Shown: positions 1 to 10,159, counted from the first letter of the stretch. The stretch: 64,000 nt of DNA from Candidatus Bathyarchaeota archaeon (GCA_963725855.1 CAVSAA010000003.1:569751-633750); one strand, 5' to 3'. The notes: generated from the letters alone by a model not told the origin. Made by a program: numbers and translations.

Positions 1-178
1 AACCGACATTGACGGAGCCAAAGAAATCAGGTCTTGGCGTGGATACCGCCATGCTTACAGCCTGAAAGTTCGTGGACAAAGAACCAAAACCACTGGAAGA
101 GCAGGCAAAGCTTTGGGAGTTAAGAAGAAGACTCTGATGCAGAAGCCAGGTGGAGCACCAGCTGAAGGAGGCAAATAA
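1..178 (+). CDS. rps13: 30S ribosomal protein uS13, C-terminal part (truncated by window edge)
   Basis: Frame 2 reads [33 protein letters not shown]...GGK*, containing the uS13 motif RG.RH...L.VRGQRT; lies directly upstream of uS4. Confidence 0.93.
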   Translation, partial: TDIDGAKEIRSWRGYRHAYSLKVRGQRTKTTGRAGKALGVKKKTLMQKPGGAPAEGGK

Positions 179-180
179 GC

Positions 181-771
181 ATGGGCGATCCAAAGAAGCA
201 ACGTAAGAAATTCGATACTCCACGTTTCCGTTGGCGTAAAGATGTTCTCCAAGAAGAACTAAAACTTCTGGGGCAATTCGGCTTAAGAAACAAGCATGAA
301 CTCTGGCGCCACAAAACTGCCTTGTCCAAAAACAGAAGCATCGCCCGTTCACTCATCAGCAAATCTACTGAAGAAAGAACAAAGATGGAAAACGAGTTGC
401 TGGCACAACTCAAAAAGAAGGGTATTCTGCAGGAGACAGCAGTATTGGACAACGTATTAGACTTAACTATAGAAGACATATTGGAACGCAGACTACAAAC
501 AATCGTTTTCCGCAAAGGCTTAGCCAGAACAATTTTCCAGTCACGCCAACTAATCACTCACGGACACGTAACGATCGATGGTCGCCGAGTAACAATTCCA
601 GGTTATATAGTTCTAAGAGAGGATGAAGCAAAAATAGTATACTCACCAGAAAGTGCAATCGCAACCCCAGAACACGCATTACGCGTTGGATTAACAGTGG
701 TGGCTAAACAAGTCGAAGCTAGACCACCTCAAAGAGGCCGCAGAGGCGGACGCGGAGGCGGCAGATTCTGA
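181..771 (+). CDS. rps4: 30S ribosomal protein uS4
   Basis: [11 protein letters not shown] start, [15 protein letters not shown] and QLITHGHV motifs; RGG-rich C-terminal tail. Confidence 0.97.
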   Translation: MGDPKKQRKKFDTPRFRWRKDVLQEELKLLGQFGLRNKHELWRHKTALSKNRSIARSLISKSTEERTKMENELLAQLKKKGILQETAVLDNVLDLTIEDILERRLQTIVFRKGLARTIFQSRQLITHGHVTIDGRRVTIPGYIVLREDEAKIVYSPESAIATPEHALRVGLTVVAKQVEARPPQRGRRGGRGGGRF

Positions 772-1177
772 GCGCTCCCAACAACAAGCGAAACGAGAAA
801 TGGGCAATCGTCCACATCTTCAGCTAGCTTACAACAACACCTTAATCCATATAACTGACATATCGGGCGCAGAAACAATAGCCCGCACAACCGGCGGCAT
901 GTTCGTTAAAGCTGACCGCATGGAATCTTCACCTTACGCAGCCATGCGAGCATCAACAGGCGCAGCTGAAATCGCACGCGACAAAGGAATAACAGCAATC
1001 CACATCAAAGTCAGAGCACCAGGCGGCGCAGGACCAAGAACACCTGGACCAGGCGCACAAGCAGCCATCCGAGCATTAGCCAGATTCGGCTTCCGCATTG
1101 AACGTATCGAAGAAGTCACGCCAATCCCCCATGACGGAACAAGAAGACCCGGTGGCAGAAGAGGCAGAAGAGTCTAA
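768..1177 (+). CDS. rps11: 30S ribosomal protein uS11 (frameshift near 825, probable CTG start)
   Basis: [10 protein letters not shown]...[19 protein letters not shown]; the N-terminus [19 protein letters not shown] is in another frame starting at CTG 768, overlapping the rps4 stop. Confidence 0.93.
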
Positions 1178-1227
1178 TCTGCAATCATCTCCCTTTATTG
1201 ACAGTAACTTATTGGAGTGTCTAGCAA

Positions 1228-2043
1228 GTGAAAATAGAAGTCCTTGAAAAAAACGATACAAACCTACGCATAGTCGTCAGAGATGCCGACGTGCCCCTAA
1301 TGAACGCTCTGCGACGTCTAGCACTTGCTGAAGTTCCCTGCATGGCAATCGAAGAAGTCGTCATGATAGAAAACAGCTCAATTCTCCAAGACGAAATCAT
1401 CGCGCACCGACTGGGACTCACACCGTTAAAGACCGATTTAGACGCCTACAGTCTTCCTGAAGAGTGCGAATGTAAAAGCGAGTTCGGCTGCGCACAATGC
1501 CGCGTAACATTAACTCTTGACGCAGAAGCAAAAGACGGCACAAGAACCGTTTATTCAGGAGAAATCGTGTCTGAAAACGAGGAAATAGTTCCAGTTTCCG
1601 ACAAAATTCCAATAGTTAAGCTGGCAAAAAACCAGAAGCTCAAGCTTGAAGCATACGCACGGCTCGGCAGGGGCAAAACCCATGCAAAGTGGCAGCCAGT
1701 ATCCATGTGCGCATACAAGTACTACCCAAAGATCACCACTCCAACCGGAAAATGTGAAGGATGCCAAAAATGCGTTGACATCTGCCCCAAAAAAGTCTAC
1801 GTTTTCAAGGACGAAAAAGTCGATGTCCGCGACTTGTTGGCATGTAACCTGTGTATGGATTGCGTTGATGCTTGCCCACAGAAACCCTCACCTCTGAAGG
1901 TTGAATGGGAAAAGAACACTTTCATAATGAACATAGAGTCTACAGGTGCGCTTCCTCCAGAGCGTGTCTTAAAAGAAGCCACTAAACTGTTAGGTAAGCA
2001 ACTTGATGAGTTTGAAGAATTAGTAAAGGCTGAAATAAAATGA
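1228..2043 (+). CDS. rpoD: DNA-directed RNA polymerase subunit D (Rpo3) with ferredoxin-like Fe-S domain
   Basis: NALRR...EVP, DEIIAHRLGL and HAKWQP motifs; two CxxCxxCxxxCP motifs. Confidence 0.96.
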   Translation: MKIEVLEKNDTNLRIVVRDADVPLMNALRRLALAEVPCMAIEEVVMIENSSILQDEIIAHRLGLTPLKTDLDAYSLPEECECKSEFGCAQCRVTLTLDAEAKDGTRTVYSGEIVSENEEIVPVSDKIPIVKLAKNQKLKLEAYARLGRGKTHAKWQPVSMCAYKYYPKITTPTGKCEGCQKCVDICPKKVYVFKDEKVDVRDLLACNLCMDCVDACPQKPSPLKVEWEKNTFIMNIESTGALPPERVLKEATKLLGKQLDEFEELVKAEIK

Positions 2044-2403
2044 GAGAAACCAAAACTACAAACCCCCAATTAATCGATCTTATAGGTCTTCTAAAGAAAG
2101 AAAGCAGAGAAAAACAAGCAGCCATCTGGCTAGACGTCGCTGACCACCTAGCCAAGTCACGAACCCAACGCGTCGCCGTTAACCTGAGCCAGTTGAATAG
2201 GCACACAAAAAAAGCCGACGTAGTGGTTGTTCCAGGCAAAATCTTGGGTACAGGCACCATAGACCACGCTTTAACAGTTGCTTCCTTTGACATCTCTCAA
2301 TCTGCCAAGGCAAAACTTGAGGCTGTCAAAGCAAAACACATCACAATTCCAGAGCTTGATGGAGAAAAACCCCAAAGGCTCAAACGTAAAAATTATTCGG
2401 TGA
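2040..2403 (+). CDS. rpl18e: 50S ribosomal protein eL18 (frameshift near 2355)
   Basis: TNPQLIDLI...VVVPGKILGTG; the true end MEKNPKGSNVKIIR* (TGA 2401-2403) lies in a shifted frame. Confidence 0.9.
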
Positions 2404-2408
2404 AAAGA

Positions 2409-2858
2409 ATGCAAACAACAACAAAACCATCAGTCACATTTGTAAACGCTGAAGGCTTAATCGTTGGTCGCATGTGCAGCAAAATAGCCAAACGATTGCT
2501 AAACGGCGAAGAAGTCATAATACTCAACGCGGAAAAAGCAGTCTTCTCAGGCAAACGCAAAAGCAAAATCGCCGAAGCCCACCTCTTCCTTGAAGTCGGC
2601 GCTCCAGAACGCGGTCCCTTCCACTATCGAAGACCAGACCGTTTCCTACGCAAAACCGTCAGAGGCATGCTTCCCTTCAAGCAGCCCAAAGGCAAAAATG
2701 CTTACAAACGCCTCAAGGCATACATGGGAATACCCATTGAGTTTAAAGATCAACAATTAATTACATTCGAAGAAGCCTCATCCGCTGACTTGAAAGGTCC
2801 ACACATGACCCTTGGTGAATTGGCAAAAGAAATCGGATGGAGAAACAGGATGGAATAA
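2409..2858 (+). CDS. rpl13: 50S ribosomal protein uL13
   Basis: ATG at 2409; AEGLIVGR, NAEKAV and RKTVRGMLP motifs. Confidence 0.93.
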   Translation: MQTTTKPSVTFVNAEGLIVGRMCSKIAKRLLNGEEVIILNAEKAVFSGKRKSKIAEAHLFLEVGAPERGPFHYRRPDRFLRKTVRGMLPFKQPKGKNAYKRLKAYMGIPIEFKDQQLITFEEASSADLKGPHMTLGELAKEIGWRNRME

Positions 2859-2860
2859 TT

Positions 2861-3271
2861 ATGCCCGCAAAAAAAGTCTTAGTAGTTAGTGGAAAAAGAA
2901 AAACCGCCGTTGCACGCGCCATAGTTAAACAGGGCGTTGGCAAAGTGCGAATTAACATGACTCCAGTAGAAATAGTTGAACCCGATATTGCCCGTGCAAA
3001 AATCATGGAGCCACTCCTGCAGGCAGGCGGAGACGTCTGGCAGCAACTCGACATGGACGTAAAAACCAGCGGCGGAGGCTACATGGGACAGGCAGAAGCA
3101 GCACGCATGGCAATCTCAAACGCACTCCTCAAATGGACCAAGAGCACACATCTACGCACAGTCTTCAATGAATACGACAGAACCATGATTGCCGGAGACA
3201 GCAGAACCAAAGAAACAAAGAAAGTCGGCGGAGCAGGCGCACGGTCCAAAGAACAGAAAAGCTACAGGTAG
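2861..3271 (+). CDS. rps9: 30S ribosomal protein uS9
   Basis: [21 protein letters not shown] and QKSYR C-terminus. Confidence 0.96.
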   Translation: MPAKKVLVVSGKRKTAVARAIVKQGVGKVRINMTPVEIVEPDIARAKIMEPLLQAGGDVWQQLDMDVKTSGGGYMGQAEAARMAISNALLKWTKSTHLRTVFNEYDRTMIAGDSRTKETKKVGGAGARSKEQKSYR

Positions 3272-3282
3272 GAGAAAACAAA

Positions 3283-3513
3283 ATGATTATTCCCGTAAGA
3301 TGCTTCACATGCGGCAAACTCGTCGGCGACCGATGGGACGAATTTACACGTCGAATAAAGACCGGTGAGAACGCCAGCGATGTGCTGGACAGCTTAGGCT
3401 TGAAACGGTACTGCTGCAGACGCATGTTGCTCTCTAACGTGGAAATCATCGACGAAGTCCTGCGGTTCTACGAAGAAGCAGAAAAACGTAAAGAAGCCCG
3501 CAACTTCTACTAA
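3283..3513 (+). CDS. rpoN: RNA polymerase subunit N (Rpo10)
   Basis: [12 protein letters not shown]...RYCCRRML. Confidence 0.98.
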   Translation: MIIPVRCFTCGKLVGDRWDEFTRRIKTGENASDVLDSLGLKRYCCRRMLLSNVEIIDEVLRFYEEAEKRKEARNFY

Positions 3514-3688
3514 ACTTCCCTTTTATATTTATTTGCATTTTTTTAACATACTTTTGTTTCAGAAACCATCAATACTTACCCTTTACTCTTAGCGAAAATT
3601 TGACTTATTGAGCTACTCAGTCTATTTGACTAAAATAATGTTTTTATTTAGTTTCATGTTATAACTTCATTTCAAGGTGTAAATTTGG

Positions 3689-4632
3689 ATGGGTAAAGGT
3701 TCAGGTTACGGAAAAGTGATTTTGTTTGGCGAACACTTCGTAGTTCATGGTGTGCCGGGAATCGTTTCAGCCATCGACTCCTCAACAGACGCAGAAGTAA
3801 AAAAAGCGGCTAAAGGAATAAACGTTCGAGATGAACGGAAAACCGCTAAGGGTACAGCGAGGAAAAAAGGCTCCAGCAACTTGAATCCATTGAGAGAATG
3901 CTAAAAGCAATGGGCATTGATCCCAAAATTGCATTGGATATCTGGGTCGGCGGTACCCTTCCAGGTTTTAGTGGACTTGGAGCTTCCGCCGCAAGCAGCG
4001 TTGCCATCGCGCGTGCCATCGCTCAAGAACTCGGCATGAAAATCTCCAACGAGAAAATCAATCAGGTTGCTTACGAAGGTGAGAAAGCGTATGCGGGTAA
4101 CCCTTCAGGTATCGACAATACAGCAGCCACTTATGGCGGGTTTATGTGGTTTAAGAAAAATCTGGGCGGAGGACCAGACAAAGTTGAGCCCCTAAGCATC
4201 AAGGCGCCTATGGAAATCGTTATCGGAAGTACGGGCAGGGTTGCCAACACCAAAGCCATGGTCGAAGGCGTAGCGGAACGCAAACTTAAAAACCCCCAAA
4301 AATACAACGTGATCTTCAAACGAGCAGAAGAACTGGCTTACGAGGGCAGAGTTGCCTTGGAATTCTACAACCTTAAAAAAATCGGTGATCTGATGAACGA
4401 AAATCATCGCTTGCTCCAAGAAATCGAGGTATCGAGCAAAGAACTCGACTTGCTTGTTGAATTAGCCAGAAAGCAGGGCGCAATCGGAGCTAAGCTCACA
4501 GGCGGCGGAGGCGGAGGCTGCATGGTTGCGTTGACCCCGGGTAAAGAGTTGCAGGGCAAAGTTGCGTCTGCATTCAAGACGGCTGGCTACGAGTTCTTAG
4601 CAACCAAGATCGGTGTCGTAACCGAGTACTAA
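3689..4632 (+). CDS. mvk: Mevalonate kinase (GHMP family; frameshift at about 3850)
   Basis: GKVILFGEHFVVHG, PGFSGLGASAA, NPSGID and GAKLTGGGGGGC motifs across two ORFs joined by a 1-nt indel. Confidence 0.9.
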
Positions 4633-4767
4633 AAAAGAGACGGTTAAACCGCCCAACCTTTCCCTTTCATGGGATTATTTTGTTTCTCTCGCAGAAAGCT
4701 GACCTCTTCATCATGTAAATCAAGTAGATCATCGCCCACTTTTTTTACAAGTAGTTTTTATTTGCTT

Positions 4768-4803
4768 TTTTCTCCTATTCGGTTCCAGAGCCTCAGCAAA
4801 CCC
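4768..4803 (-). repeat. 36-bp dispersed repeat, copy A (copy B at 24221-24257)
   Basis: Reverse complement GGGTTTGCTGAGGCTCTGGAACCGAATAGGAGAAAA matches 24221-24257 except for one A indel. Confidence 0.85.
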
Positions 4804-5085
4804 CCTCTAACAATAATATGTTTGTTCTCAGGATTGGCTAATTCGACTAAGCTAAGTTAAGAAGTTAACGTACCGAACGATAGTAGTGCCTGTTTGTTTC
4901 AGCAGTTTTGTGAATTTCCGGCACCTATTTCTTGTGGTGCTCTACCAATAGATAAAATCTACTCCCTTTCTGGCATGTTCGTGTTTTTCCTTCCCTTTTA
5001 TTCATCTTGGAGTTATTGCTAGGAACGGTTTGAGCGATAATTCAAGTTGCCTATCCTGCTAATGCTATACTTCAGACATCGTCGT

Positions 5086-5216
5086 CATGTGTTCTGGGGG
5101 AAAAGTTGACAGGCGGCGGATGCATGATAACGTTGACTCTGGGCAAGGAAATATAGGGCAAAAGCAGTAGGTGCCTTTAAGGCATGGACTACGATTATTT
5201 GATTACCAGAATAGGC
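5086..5216 (+). pseudogene. Decayed second copy of the mevalonate kinase 3' end
   Basis: Reads VLGEKLTGGG-CMITLTLGKEI*GK...ITRIG versus mvk AIGAKLTGGGGGGCMVALTPGKELQGK...ATKIG. Confidence 0.8.
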
Positions 5217-5244
5217 AGGGGACTAACTGAGCAACAGTGCTTGT

Positions 5245-6507
5245 CTAAATACTTATGGTTTCATTTTTTTCTGGAATACTAACTTGCGTTAATTCGGAAA
5301 CCTGCTTGGAAAGCGCTTCCGCCTCTTTTAAATCGCCATGGACAAGAACTGTCCGCTTAGGCTTCAGATACTGAATTAATTGCACAAGTTCCCGTTGGTC
5401 GGCATGCCCTGAGAGCTCTATTTGGACAATTTTAGCTTGCACCGGAAATCTTTCCCCATCAATCTTTATGTAATGCTTATCTTTTGCCAGTTTTAAGGGA
5501 CTGTCTGGCGGCAGATAACCTGAAGTCACAATGATCGTGTTTTCCTCAATTTCAGCCCACGCATTAAGTAAGCTCAAACTTGCTCCTGCGTGACCAAACC
5601 CCGGTGTGCAAATAACTATGGCTGGCTCTTCGATGTCGGTTGTCCGCTCAACTTCTTGCACATGCTTGTACTCAAACGGCTTTGCTCGCTTCTGTGTCTG
5701 TTGCTTGAATAGGGGCGAGTAGTCATTGAAGATTTTCGTTATTTTATTTGCGAGCTTTGAAACCATGTAAACGTTGCAGTTGGGGAGCACTCCGCTTTCA
5801 ATGGCTTGGTCTATTCGTTTAGCCATCTCTTGGCTTCGGTGGAACGCGAAGGTTGGAATCAAAACGTTGCCCCTGTGCTTTATTGTATAGCTAATCTCGG
5901 CGTACATTTGGTCGATGAGTTCGCTTCGCTGCTGCCTTACTGTTCCACCGTAGGTTGACTCCGAAATAAGAACATCGGGCTGCTGGGGAAGCAATTGGGG
6001 GTTGCAGCCAACAAGGATTTCAGTGTCATGCAGGCAAAAATCGCCTGTGTACAGAAGAGATTTTCCTTCGGCACGAATGCCCGTCATGGCGGCGCCGGCA
6101 ACATGCCCCGCAGGATAAAGTTCAATGTTCATATCTGCTAAAGCCAAGGTATCCGTGGGTACCCATGCCCCTTTCACTTGGTCAACTGTTTGGTTGTCGT
6201 AGCCCAGGGGCGTCCCGTTGTATTCGTTAACTTTAATCATGTCTTTGAGCAATTCAACCGTTGCATCGCGAGTAATTTTTGAGCCCACTATAACTTGCTT
6301 ATTCCTGGATTTTGAGAGGCGTGGAAGGCTTCCGGAATGGTCTAGATGGGCGTGGCTGACTACTATTGCATCGAAGTTCTTGGGGTATTGGTCCGTTGTG
6401 CCTTCGAGTTTTATGCCGTAGTCTAAGGCGACCTTGGAATGGTCTGTAGCAACTTCGATGCAGGAGCCGCCGACTTCTCTTGCGGCGCCTAAGACTTTGA
6501 TTTTCAG
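5245..6507 (-). CDS. Metallo-beta-lactamase / beta-CASP ribonuclease (aCPSF2-like), CTG start
   Basis: Frame stays open upstream of the listed ORF to CTG 6507: LKIKVLGAAREVGGSC...SHAHLDHSG; also AGHVAGA, YTGDF, ESTYG and SGHAD; SD-like GAGGGT precedes the CTG. Confidence 0.88.
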   Translation of the reverse strand: MKIKVLGAAREVGGSCIEVATDHSKVALDYGIKLEGTTDQYPKNFDAIVVSHAHLDHSGSLPRLSKSRNKQVIVGSKITRDATVELLKDMIKVNEYNGTPLGYDNQTVDQVKGAWVPTDTLALADMNIELYPAGHVAGAAMTGIRAEGKSLLYTGDFCLHDTEILVGCNPQLLPQQPDVLISESTYGGTVRQQRSELIDQMYAEISYTIKHRGNVLIPTFAFHRSQEMAKRIDQAIESGVLPNCNVYMVSKLANKITKIFNDYSPLFKQQTQKRAKPFEYKHVQEVERTTDIEEPAIVICTPGFGHAGASLSLLNAWAEIEENTIIVTSGYLPPDSPLKLAKDKHYIKIDGERFPVQAKIVQIELSGHADQRELVQLIQYLKPKRTVLVHGDLKEAEALSKQVSELTQVSIPEKNETISI

Positions 6508-6748
6508 ATCGTTTACCCTCTTTATCTAAAAACGTTATTAAATGAATTTAGCGACCAGATATTAATCTAATCTGTTTAGAAAAGCACCTTTTCTCAGACG
6601 CTTCTTCGATCTTTATTGATGGCGAAGTTAATGTTTCATCTTAAAGAGCGAAAGAAACTGTAGATTTGCCTTCTTTGGCAAATTCGTTCTCAGTATAAAT
6701 AGTTAATTGGTGAATATCAGAGGAAGATAAGTCGAAGGACGTGGTTTA

Positions 6749-6823
6749 AGGTTCGTCATCTAGCATGGATTAAGATATATGCCTGAAGCGATTGCGATTC
6801 TGGGTTCAAATCCCGGCAGTCCA
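6749..6823 (+). pseudogene. Degenerate tRNA (possibly Val-derived)
   Basis: Intact T arm CTGGG-TTCAAAT-CCCGG, D-like TCTAGCATGGATTAAGA and loop CTGAAGC; acceptor and anticodon stems do not pair. Confidence 0.6.
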
Positions 6824-6915
6824 CAACAAACAGACTTTGACTTTGTAATCCATTGAGGCGGAAGGCAGCTTCTGGGGTAGAGTTTTAGTTTTAAATCTGT
6901 GGCATTAGATTGTCT

Positions 6916-7078
6916 TTAGCTTCGGGGAACAACTGCCAAAGAGTTCAGGCGCCATGTTAGATGTTGCATATATGACCAATGCTGTGCTCCAGAGGACGTC
7001 GTCGTGTATGCTATTTGGGTCAAAGAAGCTAATGTTGCCGTCTCTGAGCAGGTCATAGCGCTCCATAATGAATTCGGT
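6916..7078 (-). pseudogene. Remnant resembling the C-terminus of a viral terminase large subunit
   Basis: TEFIMERYDLLRDGNISFFDPNSIHDDVLWSTALVIYAT; the HDD..W..AL pattern recalls the terminase nuclease domain end (recognised by eye). Confidence 0.45.
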
Positions 7079-7198
7079 ATCAACCCCTAGGTTATAAAAT
7101 CTTATTAGACACTCATCCCCACAAAGAAAAAAACTTTTGTTTGCGATTGTTTTTTAAGAAACAAACAGGTAACTTTGGGGTTATAGGAGCAAACCAAA

Positions 7199-8506
7199 GT
7201 GGGCTTAAGAGATTTCATAGAACAACTCCAAAAGAAAGGTGAATTAACAAAGATTACAAAGCCTGTCTCAACCGAATACGAAATGGCAGGCATAATCGCC
7301 GCTCTTGGTGAAAAACCAATCTTTTTTGAGAATGTTAAGGAATCAAGCTATCCTGTTGTAGCTGGACTTGTGTCCTCCAAAGAGTTGATTTGCCGCTCAA
7401 TGGACATAACCAAAGAGCAACTTCTACCGAAACTGCTCTCAGCCATCGAAAAGCCTACCGCGCCACAAATGGTTGAGAATGCACCTTGTCAGGAATTTGT
7501 CGAGAAAAACGTTGATTTAACCGCCCTTCCAATAATGCATTACACGGAAAAAGATGGAGGAAAATACATCGCATCGGCGGTCTCCATCGTTAAGGACCCG
7601 CAGCTTGGCAGAAACATGTGTTTCCACAGATTAATGCTTAAAGACAAGAACCATTTTGTAGCCAGAATTGTTGAGAACCGGGGCACCGACTCGGCGCTCA
7701 AGAAAGCAGGCGGAGAACTCGATATTGCCATCTGCCTTGGCAACTCTACTGCCGTGCTGCTGGCGGCGGCTACAACCTTGCCGATGGGTGTCGATGAGCT
7801 GGGAATGGCAAATGCCTTGGAGAATTCTAATCTGGTTAAATGCAAAACCGTGGACCTTGAAGTCCCTGCTAACTGCGAATTCATCCTAGAAGGCAGAATC
7901 ACAAAGGAAAAAGCAACAGAAGGTCCATTTCTGGACTTAACAGGTATCGTTGACCGCGAACGTCAACAACCTGTCGTAGAAATCAAATGCATTACCCACC
8001 GCAAAAACCCCATCTACCAAACAATCCTCGCCGGTAAAAACGAACACAAGTTCCTTATGGGTATGCCCAAAGAACCTACAATCTACAGCGAAGTTGGCAA
8101 AGTCTGCCAAGTCAGAGACGTCTATGTTACACCAGGCGGATGCAGCTGGCTCCACGCCATTGTACAAATAAAAAAGCAGAATGCGGAAGACGGCAAAAAA
8201 GCCATATCCGCCGCATTTAAAGGACATGGATCACTTAAGCACTGTGTCGTTGTGGATGAAGACATTAACATCTATGACCCGCAGGATGTTGAATGGGCAA
8301 TCGCCACAAGGCTCCAAGCAGACAAAAACGTTGTAATACTTTCTAACCAGCCTGGTTCTTCGCTTGATCCATCAGGAGATCTGTCAGAAGGCAAAAAAGC
8401 CACAACCGCCAAAGCAGGCTTAGACGCCACCGCGCCGCTTATATCCACAGGCAAGGGCTTTAAGAAAGCGGACTATGTCAAAGTTGAACTAAACAAATAC
8501 GTGTGA
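7199..8506 (+). CDS. UbiD-family decarboxylase, likely anhydromevalonate phosphate decarboxylase
   Basis: EGPFLD, VVVDEDINIYDPQDVEWAIATR and SSLDPS motifs; co-operonic with AcnX subunits in a mevalonate cluster. Confidence 0.88.
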   Translation: MGLRDFIEQLQKKGELTKITKPVSTEYEMAGIIAALGEKPIFFENVKESSYPVVAGLVSSKELICRSMDITKEQLLPKLLSAIEKPTAPQMVENAPCQEFVEKNVDLTALPIMHYTEKDGGKYIASAVSIVKDPQLGRNMCFHRLMLKDKNHFVARIVENRGTDSALKKAGGELDIAICLGNSTAVLLAAATTLPMGVDELGMANALENSNLVKCKTVDLEVPANCEFILEGRITKEKATEGPFLDLTGIVDRERQQPVVEIKCITHRKNPIYQTILAGKNEHKFLMGMPKEPTIYSEVGKVCQVRDVYVTPGGCSWLHAIVQIKKQNAEDGKKAISAAFKGHGSLKHCVVVDEDINIYDPQDVEWAIATRLQADKNVVILSNQPGSSLDPSGDLSEGKKATTAKAGLDATAPLISTGKGFKKADYVKVELNKYV

Positions 8507-9711
8507 TTGCCATGGAACTAACCAAGCAAGAACAAGCGATGTTGGATGGCAAAGAAGGTTATGCCGTCCGCAAAAGCATGGAAATCCTAACTGCGCTCGG
8601 CGACATCTTCGGCGCTAAAAGCCTTATCAAAGTGGGTAGTGTCCAGGTAGCAGGTGTGTCCTACCACAATTTGGGCGATGCAGGACTCGAATTCTTAAAC
8701 GAACTTGCCGTTGACGGCAGAGTTAAAGTTCTCACTACCCTAAACCCCGCCGGTATGGACCTTGAAAACTGGCAGCAACTAGGCATCAGCCCCGAGTTCG
8801 CTGAAAAACAGAACCTTGTCATTTATGCTTTCAAACGTATGGGCATCCTAATCAGTTGCACCTGTACACCATACCTAATTGGTAACTTACCACTCTACGG
8901 AGAACACGTCGCATGGTCAGAAAGTAGTGCAGTCACATTTGCCAACTCGGTTTTAGGTGCAAAAACGAATCGTGAAGGTGGACCATCCGCCTTGGCGGCG
9001 GCGTTTGTTGGCAAAACACCTTGCTACGGCTTACACATCGACGAGAACCGACTACCCGACGTGCACGTTCAAGTCAACACGGAATTAACCAAGCTTTCCG
9101 ATTGGGGTGCACTAGGCTACGCGATTGGCAGAAAAGCAGAAAACAAAATCCCGTACATAACAGGCATAAAAGCCGCTGAACTCGACGAGCTCAAGTCCTT
9201 CTGTGCTTCCGTCGTAACGTATGGTGCGAAACCGCTTTTCTACATGAAAGGCGTAACTCCTGGAGCAGAACAGCAGTTACAACTCAAAGAAAAAATAACC
9301 ATCGAGCAAAGTGACCTCAAAAACGCCTACGACAACATCAACGATGACGTATCCGAAATTGAGTTGGTCTGCGTTGGTTGCCCGCACTGTTCGATTAAAG
9401 AAATCTCTGAAATTGCTGAGCTAGTTCAAGGCAAGAAGGTGGCGGATGGCACGGAGTTTTGGGTTGCCACTTCCCGAACAGCAAAACAACTTGCAGACAA
9501 ACGCGGCTACACCCAAACAATCGAGGCGGCTGGCGGCAAATTTGCATGCGACACCTGCATGGCTGTCGCTCCGCTGAAAGGTAGATTTAAATCGTTAGCG
9601 ACTACTTCGGCGAAGGGATGCTTCTATTCAAGGCAGAACCTTATGAAAACCAAGATGGGCAGTATGAAAGAATGTGTTGAGGCAGCGGTGACTGGAAAAT
9701 GGAACAACTAA
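8503..9711 (+). CDS. Aconitase X large subunit / phosphomevalonate dehydratase large subunit
   Basis: TTLNP, CTCTPY, WSESSA, NREGG, GCPHCS and DTCM motifs. Confidence 0.9.
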   Translation: MIAMELTKQEQAMLDGKEGYAVRKSMEILTALGDIFGAKSLIKVGSVQVAGVSYHNLGDAGLEFLNELAVDGRVKVLTTLNPAGMDLENWQQLGISPEFAEKQNLVIYAFKRMGILISCTCTPYLIGNLPLYGEHVAWSESSAVTFANSVLGAKTNREGGPSALAAAFVGKTPCYGLHIDENRLPDVHVQVNTELTKLSDWGALGYAIGRKAENKIPYITGIKAAELDELKSFCASVVTYGAKPLFYMKGVTPGAEQQLQLKEKITIEQSDLKNAYDNINDDVSEIELVCVGCPHCSIKEISEIAELVQGKKVADGTEFWVATSRTAKQLADKRGYTQTIEAAGGKFACDTCMAVAPLKGRFKSLATTSAKGCFYSRQNLMKTKMGSMKECVEAAVTGKWNN

Positions 9712-10085
9712 AAGGTAGAATAATCTACAAAGGCAAAGCCGAAGGAGAAGCACTAGTTACGGAGATGCCGATTTCTTTCTACGGCGGTGTTGACCCAAAC
9801 ACAGGTATTGTCTTAGAAAAGGGACATCAATTGAACGGTCAAAGCGTTAATGGTCGAATACTTGTTTTTCCGCAGGGCAAAGGCAGCACAGTTGGCAGCT
9901 ACACGCTCTACCGAATGAAAAAAAACGGCACCGCCCCAGCAGGCATGATAAACAAAGAGTGCGAAACCATTGTTGCAGTAGGCGCCATCATCAGCGAAAT
10001 CCCCACCATAGACAAAATCGACATCTGTAAGATTAGAACGGGCGATAAAATCAGCATAGAAAACGACACAGTCACAATCGCTTGA
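9699..10085 (+). CDS. Aconitase X swivel subunit / phosphomevalonate dehydratase small subunit (DUF126)
   Basis: ISFYGGVDP...GKGSTVGSY. Confidence 0.9.
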   Translation: MEQLKGRIIYKGKAEGEALVTEMPISFYGGVDPNTGIVLEKGHQLNGQSVNGRILVFPQGKGSTVGSYTLYRMKKNGTAPAGMINKECETIVAVGAIISEIPTIDKIDICKIRTGDKISIENDTVTIA

Positions 10086-10159
10086 AACCACAAGAAAACT
10101 TCCTTTTTGAGAATATCCATTTTTATTTTGTGTTTTAATTAGGCGGTTGATGTTCGCGG

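Noticed and set aside
2040-2858. Apparent eL18-uL13 fusion protein (272-aa ORF)
   Set aside because: One extra base near 2355 explains it; the normal eL18 end and stop (2403) and the uL13 ATG (2409) are both present
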